A stretch of 41,419 nucleotides of DNA from Macrostomum lignano (Eukaryota), in assembly GCA_002269645.1 (NCBI GenBank), contig NIVC01001400.1, forward strand, positions 1 through 41,419, read 5' to 3'. Both the position numbers and the translations under genes were made by a program. This document shows, one piece after another, positions 13,501 to 25,700 of this stretch. The notes under the pieces were generated by a model. That model saw only the letters and a program-made list of their open reading frames with translations, did not search any database and was not told the DNA's origin. Positions within the stretch are counted from its first letter, which is position 1. The number at the start of each line of letters is the position of its first letter.

Positions 13501-16500
13501 CATGACGTTCTGTGACAGTTGATTCAGCATGACGTTCTCTGACACTTGATTCAGCATGACGCTCTCTGACACTTGATTCAGCATGACGCTCTCTGACACT
13601 TGATTCAGCATGACGCTCTCTGACACTTGATTCAGCATGACGTTCTCTGACAGTTGATTCAGCATGACGTTCTGTGACAGTTGATTCAGCATGACGCTCT
13701 CTGACACTTGATTCAGCATGACGTTCTCTGACAGTTGATTCAGCATGACGCTCTCTGACAGTTGATTCAGCATGACGTTCTCTGACAGTTGATTCAGCAT
13801 GACGCTCTCTGACAGTTGATTCAGCATGACGTTCCCTGACAGTTGATTCAGCATGACGTTCTGTGACACTTGATTCAGCATGACGTTCTCTGACACTTGA
13901 TTCAGCATGACGTTCCCTGACAGTTGATTCAGCATGACGTTCTGTGACACTTGATTCAGCATGACGTTCTCTGACACTTGATTCAGCATGACGTTCTGTG
14001 ACAGTTGATTCAGCATGACGTTCCCTGACAGTTGATTCAGCATGACGCTCTCTGACACTTGATTCAGCATGACGCTCTCTGACAGTTGATTCAGCATGAC
14101 GTTCTGTGACAGTTGATTCAGCATGACGTTCTGTGACACTTGATTCAGCATGACGTTCTCTGACACTTGATTCAGCATGACGTTCCCTGACAGTTGATTC
14201 AGCATGACGTTCTCTGACACTTAATTCAGCATGACGTTCTCTGACAGTTGATTCAGCATGACGTTCTGTGACAGTTGATTCAGCATGACGTTCTCTGACA
14301 CTTGATTCAGCATGACGTTCTCTGACACTTGATTCAGCATGACGTTCCCTGACAGTTGATTCAGCATGACGTTCTCTGACACTTGATTCAGCATGACGTT
14401 CTGTGACAGTTGATTCAGCATGACGTTCTCTGACAGTTGATTCAGCATGACGCTCTCTGACACTTGATTCAGCATGACGTTCCCTGACACTTGATTCAGC
14501 ATGACGCTCTCTGACACTTGATTCAGCATGACGTTCCCTGACACTTGATTCAGCATGACGTTCTGTGACACTTGATTCAGCATGACGCTCTCTGACACTT
14601 GATTCAGCATGACGCTCTCTGACACTTGATTCAGCATGACGTTCCCTGACACTTGATTCAGCATGACGCTCTCTGACACTTGATTCAGCATGACGTTCCC
14701 TGACACTTGATTCAGCATGACGTTCTGTGACACTTGATTCAGCATGACGCTCTCTGACACTTGATTCAGCATGACGCTCTCTGACACTTGATTCAGCATG
14801 ACGCTCTCTGACACTTGATTCAGCATGACGCTCTCTGACACTTGATTCAGCATGACGCTCTCTGACACTTGATTCAGCATGACGCTCTCTGACACTTGAT
14901 TCAGCATGACGTTCCCTGACAGTTGATTCAGCATGACGTTCCCTGACAGTTGATTCAGCATGACGCTCTCTGACAGTTGATTCAGCATGACGCTCTCTGA
15001 CAGTTGATTCAGCATGACGTTCCCTGACACTTGATTCAGCATGACGTTCTGTGACACTTGATTCAGCATGACGCTCTCTGACACTTGATTCAGCATGACG
15101 CTCTCTGACAGTTGATTCAGCATGACGTTCTGTGACAGTTGATTCAGCATGACGCTCTGTGACAGTTGATTCAGCATGACGCTCTCTGACACTTGATTCA
15201 GCATGAAGTTCTCTGACACTTGATTCAGCATGACGTTCTGTGACACTTGATTCAGCATGACGTTCTCTGACACTTGATTCAGCATGACGTTCCCTGACAG
15301 TTGATTCAGCATGACGCTCTCTGACAGTTGATTCAGCATGACGTTCTCTGACAGTTGATTCAGCATGACGCTCTCTGACACTTGATTCAGCATGACGTTC
15401 CCTGACACTTGATTCAGCATGACGTTCTCTGACAGTTGATTCAGCATGACGTTCTGTGACAGTTGATTCAGCATGACGTTCTGTGACAGTTGATTCAGCA
15501 TGACGTTCTCTGACACTTGATTCAGCATGACGCTCTCTGACACTTGATTCAGCATGACGTTCTGTGACAGTTGATTCAGCATGACGTTCTGTGACAGTTG
15601 ATTCAGCATGACGTTCTCTGACACTTGATTCAGCATGACGTTCTCTGACACTTGATTCAGCATGACGTTCTGTGACACTTGATTCAGCATGACGCTCTCT
15701 GACACTTGATTCAGCATGACGTTCCCTGACACTTGATTCAGCATGACGCTCTCTGACACTTGATTCAGCATGACGCTCTCTGACACTTGATTCAGCATGA
15801 CGCTCTCTGACAGTTGATTCAGCATGACGCTCTCTGACACTTGATTCAGCATGACGCTCCCTGACACTTGATTCAGCATGACGCTCTCTGACACTTGATT
15901 CAGCATGACGTTCTGTGACAGTTGATTCAGCATGACGTTCTGTGACACTTGATTCAGCATGACGCTCCCTGACACTTGATTCAGCATGACGTTCTGTGAC
16001 AGTTGATTCAGCATGACGTTCTCTGACACTTGATTCAGCATGACGCTCTCTTACACTTGATTCAGCATGACGCTCTCTGACACTTGATTCAGCATGACGC
16101 TCTCTGACACTTGATTCAGCATGACGTTCTCTGACACTTGATTCAGCATGACGTTCTCTGACAGTTGATTCAGCATGACGTTCCCTGACACTTGATTCAG
16201 CATGACGTTCTCTGACAGTTGATTCAGCATGACGTTCTGTGACACTTGATTCAGCATGACGTTCTGTGACACTTGATTCAGCATGACGCTCTCTGACAGT
16301 TGATTCAGCATGACGCTCTCTGACAGTTGATTCAGCATGACGCTCTCTGACACTTGATTCAGCATGACGTTCTGTGACACTTGATTCAGCATGACGCTCT
16401 CTGACACTTGATTCAGCATGACGTTCTCTGACACTTGATTCAGCATGACGTTCTCTGACAGTTGATTCAGCATGACGTTCTGTGACACTTGATTCAGCAT

Positions 16501-18816
16501 GACGCTCTCTGACACTTGATTCAGCATGACGTTCCCTGACACTTGATTCAGCATGACGTTCTCTGACACTTGATTCAGCATGACGTTCCCTGACAGTTGA
16601 TTCAGCATGACGTTCTCTGACACTTGATTCAGCATGACGTTCTCTGACAGTTGATTCAGCATGACGCTCTCTGACACTTGATTCAGCATGACGTTCTCTG
16701 ACACTTGATTCAGCATGACGTTCTCTGACAGTTGATTCAGCATGACGTTCTCTGACAGTTGATTCAGCATGACGTTCTGTGACAGTTGATTCAGCATGAC
16801 GTTCTCTGACACTTGATTCAGCATGACGCTCTCTGACACTTGATTCAGCATGACGTTCTGTGACAGTTGATTCAGCATGACGTTCTGTGACAGTTGATTC
16901 AGCATGACGTTCTCTGACACTTGATTCAGCATGACGCTCCCTGACACTTGATTCAGCATGACGTTCTGTGACAGTTGATTCAGCATGACGTTCTCTGACA
17001 CTTGATTCAGCATGACGCTCTCTGACACTTGATTCAGCATGACGCTCTCTGACACTTGATTCAGCATGACGCTCTCTGACACTTGATTCAGCATGACGTT
17101 CTCTGACAGTTGATTCAGCATGACGTTCTGTGACAGTTGATTCAGCATGACGCTCTCTGACACTTGATTCAGCATGACGTTCTCTGACAGTTGATTCAGC
17201 ATGACGCTCTCTGACAGTTGATTCAGCATGACGTTCTCTGACAGTTGATTCAGCATGACGCTCTCTGACAGTTGATTCAGCATGACGTTCCCTGACAGTT
17301 GATTCAGCATGACGTTCTGTGACACTTGATTCAGCATGACGTTCTCTGACACTTGATTCAGCATGACGTTCCCTGACAGTTGATTCAGCATGACGTTCTC
17401 TGACACTTGATTCAGCATGACGTTCTCTGACAGTTGATTCAGCATGACGTTCTGTGACAGTTGATTCAGCATGACGTTCCCTGACAGTTGATTCAGCATG
17501 ACGCTCTCTGACACTTGATTCAGCATGACGCTCTCTGACAGTTGATTCAGCATGACGTTCTGTGACAGTTGATTCAGCATGACGTTCTGTGACACTTGAT
17601 TCAGCATGACGTTCTCTGACACTTGATTCAGCATGACGTTCCCTGACAGTTGATTCAGCATGACGTTCTCTGACACTTAATTCAGCATGACGTTCTCTGA
17701 CAGTTGATTCAGCATGACGTTCTGTGACAGTTGATTCAGCATGACGTTCTCTGACACTTGATTCAGCATGACGTTCTCTGACACTTGATTCAGCATGACG
17801 TTCCCTGACAGTTGATTCAGCATGACGTTCTCTGACACTTGATTCAGCATGACGTTCTGTGACAGTTGATTCAGCATGACGTTCTCTGACAGTTGATTCA
17901 GCATGACGCTCTCTGACACTTGATTCAGCATGACGTTCCCTGACACTTGATTCAGCATGACGCTCTCTGACACTTGATTCAGCATGACGTTCCCTGACAC
18001 TTGATTCAGCATGACGTTCTGTGACACTTGATTCAGCATGACGCTCTCTGACACTTGATTCAGCATGACGCTCTCTGACACTTGATTCAGCATGACGTTC
18101 CCTGACACTTGATTCAGCATGACGCTCTCTGACACTTGATTCAGCATGACGTTCCCTGACACTTGATTCAGCATGACGTTCTGTGACACTTGATTCAGCA
18201 TGACGCTCTCTGACACTTGATTCAGCATGACGCTCTCTGACACTTGATTCAGCATGACGCTCTCTGACACTTGATTCAGCATGACGCTCTCTGACACTTG
18301 ATTCAGCATGACGCTCTCTGACACTTGATTCAGCATGACGCTCTCTGACTCTTGATTCAGCATGACGTTCCCTGACAGTTGATTCAGCATGACGTTCCCT
18401 GACAGTTGATTCAGCATGACGCTCTCTGACAGTTGATTCAGCATGACGCTCTCTGACAGTTGATTCAGCATGACGTTCCCTGACACTTGATTCAGCATGA
18501 CGTTCTGTGACAGTTGATTCAGCATGACGCTCTGTGACAGTTGATTCAGCATGACGCTCTCTGACACTTGATTCAGCATGACGTTCTCTGACACTTGATT
18601 CAGCATGACGTTCTGTGACACTTGATTCAGCATGACGTTCTCTGACACTTGATTCAGCATGACGTTCCCTGACAGTTGATTCAGCATGACGCTCTCTGAC
18701 AGTTGATTCAGCATGACGTTCTCTGACAGTTGATTCAGCATGACGCTCTCTGACACTTGATTCAGCATGACGTTCTCTGACACTTGATTCAGCATGACGT
18801 TCTCTGACAGTTGATT
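10515..18816. repeat. 27-bp minisatellite array, left arm (about 307 units; CTGACA[C/G]TTGATTCAGCATGACG[C/T]TC[T/C][C/G/T])
   Basis: Continuous tandem units; the minus strand reads as a 9-aa repeat MLNQ(V/L)S(E/Q/G)(N/S)V. Confidence 0.98.
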
Positions 18817-19045
18817 ACGTCAGTTTGAGGCAGGTATCTGACTCTAACTGGTTTTAAACCCCCCCCCGCGCCGGCCCGGCCTCGCTTTGGTGGGTTGGTG
18901 GGGTGCTGGTGCTCTGCGTGCGTGCAGGGCTTAGGGCAGCCTCCCCCCGCTCTGTGTTATTTAGTCACGCGTCGCGGCCGCTGAGTCGGCGTAATTTTGG
19001 CAAAATATTTTTAGCCTGCCTGATTTGCCAAGCACTGCACTCACA

Positions 19046-20071
19046 ATGGACTCTACGTTGGGCAGCATGACCGTGCAGGCCCTCAAAGATGTCTTACGCG
19101 AGAAGGCCTTACCTACAAGTGGCAATAAAGAAGAGCTGATAGGCCGCCTGCTCGCTGCAAGCCAGGCCGAACGAGCTCCCAGCGATGACGACGGTGACGA
19201 CGACCAGGACGAGGATGACGTGCGCCGGGCTGCGCCAGCGGAGGAGGCCACAGAAGCGCAGATTCGGCAGACTCAGAAGAGGATCGAGCTGCTTAAACTG
19301 CAGAAGGCTGAGGCCCAGTTGCGGGATGAAGTGCAGTCGATCCGCAGTGGCGCCGCATCGCCCCCGCTGGCCAGAGGAGGGCCGGACATCTACGCCAGCC
19401 TGTTCGGGGACCAGAGCCGACAACCGAGGTTTGATTCGGCCGGAGCCCAGCGGCCCCCATCAGCGCTGCTCATCCCGGAATTTCTGGACGAGAGGCAGCA
19501 GTCGGGAGGATGGCTGACACAGGAACGTGGTCGCCTGACTCTGAAAGGCGCAACGCCGAGCCTGTCCGGAGTCAACTTCGGCCAGTGGGTGGCTGCCAAC
19601 GCGCGGATCATGCAGCGACTGCTGGAGACCGGCCAGCTGGTGGCGCCCGGTACGGATGGACAGCCCGACTGCAAGAGTCTGAACGCCTACCTCAACTTTA
19701 ACATCCACATCGGCGAGCTGCTCGACGCTGGCTACGACTGGAAGGTGGTGCTCCAGTACGACCAGGACATGAGGCTGCAGCAGCACTCGCGACAGCGCGA
19801 CTGGGACAGCCCCGATCTGAACCTCATCATCAAGCATATGACGGCGCCCAAAAACCTGCGAGCTGCTGGCCCAGTCGCGGTCGGTCAAGGAGTCCAGGGT
19901 CACCGTAGCAGGGGCCAGCTGTCATCCGCTGGACAGGTCATCTGCGGCTTGTTCAATAGCAACAAAGGCTGTCACAGACACACCTGCAATTTCGCCCACA
20001 TCTGCCGCATCTGCGAAGGGAGCCACTCAAAGCTGCAACACAGCTCGGTGGCTGCCGAATCAAAAAACTGA
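19046..20071 (+). CDS. Gag-like ORF1 (341 aa): N-terminal SAP domain, C-terminal CCCH/CCHH zinc fingers
   Basis: SMTVQALKDVLREKALPTSGNKEELIGRLL fits the SAP consensus. W..YDQDMR...W motif. C-x8-C-x4-C-x3-H-x-C-x2-C-x3-H-x4-H, similar to Ngaro ORF1 fingers. Confidence 0.85.
   Translation: MDSTLGSMTVQALKDVLREKALPTSGNKEELIGRLLAASQAERAPSDDDGDDDQDEDDVRRAAPAEEATEAQIRQTQKRIELLKLQKAEAQLRDEVQSIRSGAASPPLARGGPDIYASLFGDQSRQPRFDSAGAQRPPSALLIPEFLDERQQSGGWLTQERGRLTLKGATPSLSGVNFGQWVAANARIMQRLLETGQLVAPGTDGQPDCKSLNAYLNFNIHIGELLDAGYDWKVVLQYDQDMRLQQHSRQRDWDSPDLNLIIKHMTAPKNLRAAGPVAVGQGVQGHRSRGQLSSAGQVICGLFNSNKGCHRHTCNFAHICRICEGSHSKLQHSSVAAESKN
20062..20068 (+). promoter_or_regulatory. Candidate -1 programmed ribosomal frameshift heptamer A_AAA_AAC
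   Basis: Gag ends TCA AAA AAC TGA. The heptamer is correctly phased (X XXY YYZ), lies immediately before the stop, and leads into the open pol frame. Confidence 0.75.
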
Positions 20072-22587
20072 GCAAAGAGGCGGGTCGCGGCGGCACCAGT
20101 TTTAGCCCTAAGCGGACGGCGTCTGATAGACAGTCCAAAATTTTAATTCCATGCGAGACAGCTGCTCGCACTGCCACTGGCCCTGCCGCTCGCCCTGCCA
20201 CTCGCCTTGCCGCTCGACCTGCCACTCGCCCTGCCGCTCGCCCTGCCGCTCGCCCTGCCGCTCGCCATGCCACTCGCCCTGCCACTCGCCCTGCCGCCGG
20301 CCCTGCCGCCGGCCCTGCTGCCGGCCCTACTGCCGGCCCTGCTGCCGTTCCTGCTGCCGGCCCTGCTGCCGGCCCTGCTGCCGTTCCTGCTGCCGGTCCT
20401 GCTGCCGGCCCTGCTGCCGGCCCTGCCGCCGGTCCTGCTGCCGGCCCTGCTGCCGGTCCTGCTGCCGGCCCTGCCGCCTGTCCTGCTGCCGTTCCTGCTG
20501 CCGGTCCTGCTGCCGGCCCTGCTGCCGGCCCTGCCGCCGGTCCTGCTGCCGGCCCTGCTGCCGGTCCTGCTGCCGGCCCTGCTGCCGGCCCTGCTGCCGG
20601 CCCTGCTGCCGGCCCTGCTGCCGGTCCTGCTGCCGGCCCTGCTGCCGGTCCTGCTGCCGGCCCTGCTGCCGGCCCAGCCGCCGGCCCTGCCGCCGGTCCT
20701 GCTGCCGGCCCAGCCGCCGGCCCTGCCGCCGGTCCTGCTGCCGGCCCAGCCGCTGGCCCTGCCGCCGGCCCTGCCGCCGGCCCCGCTGCCGGCCCTGCTG
20801 CCGGTCCTGCTGCCGGCGCTGCTGCCGGCCCTGTTGCCGGCCCGGTGGCTGCACTCCGAAAACGTTGGCCGCTGTTAACTGCTGCTTGGACACCAGTCCT
20901 GCTCGGAGACTCGGACGCGGAGTTTCTGATCGCGGGAATTCGCGATGGCTTTCGCATCACCGACGCGGCTCCGACCAGCGAATCCCAGCTCGAAAATCAT
21001 GCATCCGCCCGCTGCGAGGCAAATCGGAATGCCGTTGAGCTGCAGATCAGAGAGGAGGTCGTGGCTGGCCGGTACATCAGCGCAACTGACTTGGGCATCG
21101 CCAGGCCGACCATCATCAGCCCACTGGGCGCCGTCCCGAAGGCAGACGGCGCCATCCGCCTGATTCACGACGCGTCCGCGCCACAGGGCAACAGCCTCAA
21201 CGATCTGTACAAGCCCCGCCAGAAGATGAAGTTTGCCAATGTCGAGGATCTCACCAGGCAGCTGGCACCAAGCTGGTTCATCAGCAAGGTCGACCTACGC
21301 CACGCCTACCGAAGTGTTCAGGTGCACCCAGACTGCTATAAGGCGACGGGGCTCCGGTGGACGTTCGAGCTGGACGGTCAGCCCACTTATCTGGTTGACA
21401 CGCGACTCCCATTCGGTGCGGCGGCATCAGTCAACATTTTCCACCGCCTAACGCAAGCTGTCAAGCGCTTTATGTACAGGCAATTCTCGCATCTGTCCAA
21501 ATTCGTCGTCATCGCATACCTCGACGATTTCTGCATAGCTGCCCGGGACTACGAGGTCTGCCTGCAGCTGCACAATTTTCTGCTGGTCACCCTGCAGCGC
21601 CTCGGCTTTGAGATCAACTGGGCCAAGACGCAGAGCCCAGCCACTTCGGTCACTTTCCTGGGTGTGCAGATCGACACATTGACTGGCCTGCTGTCACTGC
21701 CCGCCAAGAAGATGGACGGCCTTCGAGAACTTCTCCAGGACTGCGCCAACTCGAAGAGCCTGCAAAAACGTCGCCTTCAGCACCTAGTCGGCAAACTGAA
21801 CTGGTTCTGCAAAGTGGCCAAACCTGCAAAGGCCCTGCTTCGCGCGCTCCTGGAGATAACCATCGCTATTCCTGAGCAGCATCATCGAGTACCGGTGCGC
21901 GGCGAGCTACTGGCCCAGTTGCAGTTCTGGCAGCATGCAATCCCAGTGTTCCCGACCGACAAGCTGTGGCGGCGTGCACGAGTGCTGGCAGCGGTCGAGA
22001 CGGACGCCTGCGTCAGTGCCGGTGGCATGATCCTGAGCACCTCTGATGGCCAGCGCGAGTTCCGCCTCGTCGACTTCTGCAGTGACGCCGGTGGCATCTT
22101 CCTGAGCGAGCACATCAACGCCAAGGAGACGGTACTGCCGCTGCTCGCCATCATTCTGTTCCAGGAGCAGCTGGCCGGCGGCAAGGTGGCCTGCTACGTC
22201 GACAGCAGCGCGGCGGTCGGCACCATCAACCGCGGTGCCTCCAGCAACCCGATCGTCATGACCCTGCTCAAAACGGCCACTCTGGCAGCGCTGAGGCACG
22301 ACTTTCAGTTTCGAGCTCACCATATGCCGGGGTCCTGGCAGCTGCTGAGCGACCCGCTGTCGCGCTGCCTGACGCATCCCCGCCACATGCTGCTGTTTCT
22401 GCTGCGCTACTTCGGCCGGGCCAAGGCGCAGCCGGAAGATCTGCGCAGGGCCTGCCTCAATGAGTCAACGGCGGCCCGGTTGCTTGAGCAGGCGTCGCTC
22501 GCGCTGAGCCCCGGTCTCTGGCGCAGTTCTCGAGCGGAGCGAGTTGCGACGGCTGAAGCAGATCCCGAGCTCAGGTACGAGTCTTAG
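20068..22587 (+). CDS. Pol (reverse transcriptase + RNase H) in the -1 frame relative to gag, including a PAAG-repeat linker
   Basis: Frame is open from 19960 to TAG at 22585-22587. RT motifs: [58 protein letters not shown]. RNase H motifs: TDAC, HINAKE, YVDS, SDPLSR. The RT domain begins at about 20900. Confidence 0.9.
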   Translation: MSKEAGRGGTSFSPKRTASDRQSKILIPCETAARTATGPAARPATRLAARPATRPAARPAARPAARHATRPATRPAAGPAAGPAAGPTAGPAAVPAAGPAAGPAAVPAAGPAAGPAAGPAAGPAAGPAAGPAAGPAACPAAVPAAGPAAGPAAGPAAGPAAGPAAGPAAGPAAGPAAGPAAGPAAGPAAGPAAGPAAGPAAGPAAGPAAGPAAGPAAGPAAGPAAGPAAGPAAGPAAGPAAGPAAGPAAGAAAGPVAGPVAALRKRWPLLTAAWTPVLLGDSDAEFLIAGIRDGFRITDAAPTSESQLENHASARCEANRNAVELQIREEVVAGRYISATDLGIARPTIISPLGAVPKADGAIRLIHDASAPQGNSLNDLYKPRQKMKFANVEDLTRQLAPSWFISKVDLRHAYRSVQVHPDCYKATGLRWTFELDGQPTYLVDTRLPFGAAASVNIFHRLTQAVKRFMYRQFSHLSKFVVIAYLDDFCIAARDYEVCLQLHNFLLVTLQRLGFEINWAKTQSPATSVTFLGVQIDTLTGLLSLPAKKMDGLRELLQDCANSKSLQKRRLQHLVGKLNWFCKVAKPAKALLRALLEITIAIPEQHHRVPVRGELLAQLQFWQHAIPVFPTDKLWRRARVLAAVETDACVSAGGMILSTSDGQREFRLVDFCSDAGGIFLSEHINAKETVLPLLAIILFQEQLAGGKVACYVDSSAAVGTINRGASSNPIVMTLLKTATLAALRHDFQFRAHHMPGSWQLLSDPLSRCLTHPRHMLLFLLRYFGRAKAQPEDLRRACLNESTAARLLEQASLALSPGLWRSSRAERVATAEADPELRYES
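20165..20845 (+). repeat. GC-rich 12-bp minisatellite (CCTGCTGCCGGC)n inside the element, encoding (PAAG)n in the pol frame
   Basis: Tandem 12-nt units with no stop codon in the pol frame. Confidence 0.93.
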
Positions 22588-22776
22588 AGCTATTGCTTGG
22601 ACCTGGCTTTTTTGGCTTGGTTTAATTTTTTCTGCGGCTCGTTGATTTGATTTTACACGCTTGTCTCCTTCTCCCTCTTTCTGTTGGTGTTCGGGTTCGT
22701 TTTCCCTTTCTGGGCCGCGTCTGCCGGTCTTTTGTGCCACTTGCTTTTACTCTGCGTTAGTCTTTTGGGGTTTAAT

Positions 22777-25700
22777 CAGCATGACGTTCTCTGACACTTG
22801 ATTCAGCATGACGTTCCCTGACAGTTGATTCAGCATGACGTTCTCTGACACTTGATTCAGCATGACGCTCTCTGACACTTGATTCAGCATGACGCTCTCT
22901 GACACTTGATTCAGCATGACGTTCTCTGACACTTGATTCAGCATGACGTTCCCTGACAGTTGATTCAGCATGACGTTCTCTGACACTTGATTCAGCATGA
23001 CGTTCTCTGACACTTGATTCAGCATGACGCTCTCTGACACTTGATTCAGCATGACGTTCTCTGACAGTTGATTCAGCATGACGTTCTCTGACAGTTGATT
23101 CAGCATGACGTTCTCTGACAGTTGATTCAGCATGACGCTCTCTGACAGTTGATTCAGCATGACGTTCTGTGACAGTTGATTCAGCATGACGTTCTCTGAC
23201 AGTTGATTCAGCATGACGTTCTCTGACACTTGATTCAGCATGACGTTCTCTGACACTTGATTCAGCATGACGTTCTGTGACAGTTGATTCAGCATGACGT
23301 TCTCTGACACTTGATTCAGCATGACGTTCTCTGACACTTGATTCAGCATGACGCTCTCTGACACTTGATTCAGCATGACGTTCTCTGACACTTGATTCAG
23401 CATGACGTTCTCTGACACTTGATTCAGCATGACGTTCTCTGACACTTGATTCAGCATGACGTTCTGTGACACTTGATTCAGCATGACGTTCTGTGACACT
23501 TGATTCAGCATGACGTTCTGTGACAGTTGATTCAGCATGACGTTCTGTGACACTTGATTCAGCATGACGCTCTCTGACACTTGATTCAGCATGACGTTCT
23601 CTGACACTTGATTCAGCATGACGTTCTGACACTTGATTCAGCATGACGCTCTCTGACACTTGATTCAGCATGACGCTCTCTGACACTTGATTCAGCATGA
23701 CGCTCTCTGACACTTGATTCAGCATGACGCTCTCTGACACTTGATTCAGCATGACGCTCTCTGACACTTGATTCAGCATGACGTTCTCTGACACTTGATT
23801 CAGCATGACGTTCTCTGACACTTGATTCAGCATGACGTTCTCTGACACTTGATTCAGCATGACGTTCTGACACTTGATTCAGCATGACGCTCTCTGACAC
23901 TTGATTCAGCATGACGTTCTCTGACACTTGATTCAGCATGACGCTCTCTGACACTTGATTCAGCATGACGCTCTCTGACACTTGATTCAGCATGACGCTC
24001 TCTGACACTTGATTCAGCATGACGTTCTCTGACACTTGATTCAGCATGACGCTCTCTGACACTTGATTCAGCATGACGCTCTCTGACACTTGATTCAGCA
24101 TGACGTTCTCTGACACTTGATTCAGCATGACGTTCTCTGACACTTGATTCAGCATGACGCTCTCTGACACTTGATTCAGCATGACGTTCTCTGACACTTG
24201 ATTCAGCATGACGTTCTCTGACACTTGATTCAGCATGACGTTCTCTGACACTTGATTCAGCATGACGTTCTGTGACACTTGATTCAGCATGACGCTCTCT
24301 GACACTTGATTCAGCATGACGCTCTCTGACACTTGATTCAGCATGACGCTCTCTGACACTTGATTCAGCATGACGCTCTCTGACACTTGATTCAGCATGA
24401 CGCTCTCTGACACTTGATTCAGCATGACGCTCTCTGACACTTGATTCAGCATGACGCTCTCTGACACTTGATTCAGCATGACGTTCCCTGACAGTTGATT
24501 CAGCATGACGTTCCCTGACAGTTGATTCAGCATGACGCTCTCTGACAGTTGATTCAGCATGACGCTCTCTGACACTTGATTCAGCATGACGTTCCCTGAC
24601 ACTTGATTCAGCATGACGTTCTGTGACACTTGATTCAGCATGACGCTCTCTGACACTTGATTCAGCATGACGCTCTCTGACAGTTGATTCAGCATGACGT
24701 TCTGTGACAGTTGATTCAGCATGACGCTCTGTGACACTTGATTCAGCATGACGCTCTCTGACACTTGATTCAGCATGACGTTCTCTGACACTTGATTCAG
24801 CATGACGTTCTCTGACACTTGATTCAGCATGACGCTCTCTGACACTTGATTCAGCATGACGTTCCCTGACAGTTGATTCAGCATGACGTTCCCTGACAGT
24901 TGATTCAGCATGACGTTCTCTGACAGTTGATTCAGCATGACGCTCTCTGACACTTGATTCAGCATGACGTTCCCTGACACTTGATTCAGCATGACGTTCT
25001 GACACTTGATTCAGCATGACGTTCTGTGACAGTTGATTCAGCATGACGTTCTCTGACACTTGATTCAGCATGACGTTCTCTGACACTTGATTCAGCATGA
25101 CGTTCTCTGACACTTGATTCAGCATGACGTTCTCTGACACTTGATTCAGCATGACGCTCTCTGACACTTGATTCAGCATGACGCTCTCTGACACTTGATT
25201 CAGCATGACGCTCTCTGACACTTGATTCAGCATGACGCTCTCTGACACTTGATTCAGCATGACGCTCTCTGACAGTTGATTCAGCATGACGTTCTGACAG
25301 TTGATTCAGCATGACGTTCTCTGACAGTTGATTCAGCATGACGCTCTCTGACACTTGATTCAGCATGACGCTCTCTGACAGTTGATTCAGCATGACGTTC
25401 TGTGACAGTTGATTCAGCATGACGTTCTGTGACAGTTGATTCAGCATGACGCTCTCTGACACTTGATTCAGCATGACGTTCTCTGACACTTGATTCAGCA
25501 TGACGTTCCCTGACAGTTGATTCAGCATGACGTTCTCTGACACTTGATTCAGCATGACGCTCTCTGACACTTGATTCAGCATGACGCTCTCTGACACTTG
25601 ATTCAGCATGACGCTCTCTGACACTTGATTCAGCATGACGTTCTCTGACAGTTGATTCAGCATGACGTTCTCTGACACTTGATTCAGCATGACGCTCTCT

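Larger units (their letters stand above)
18817..22775 (+). mobile_element. DIRS-order (Ngaro-like) retroelement, about 3.96 kb, lacking tyrosine recombinase, inserted into the 27-bp array
   Basis: Both ends are defined by an interrupted satellite unit (..GTTGAT^TCAGC.., 1-nt T ambiguity, no TSD). Carries a gag-like ORF and a DIRS-type RT/RNase H ORF. Confidence 0.88.

Noticed and set aside
19953-21038. Cys-rich CCRP (keratin-associated-like), PALL, QQGR and antisense AAGP ORFs
   Set aside because: Alternative frames of the 12-bp repeat; only the frame continuous with RT has independent support.
22575-22760. Possible intron in the element 3' end (CAG|GTACGA donor, pyrimidine tract, TTAG acceptor) or remnant YR
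   Set aside because: Splicing would run the frame into the satellite with no recognisable domain, and no YR motif is found in any frame; too speculative without transcripts.
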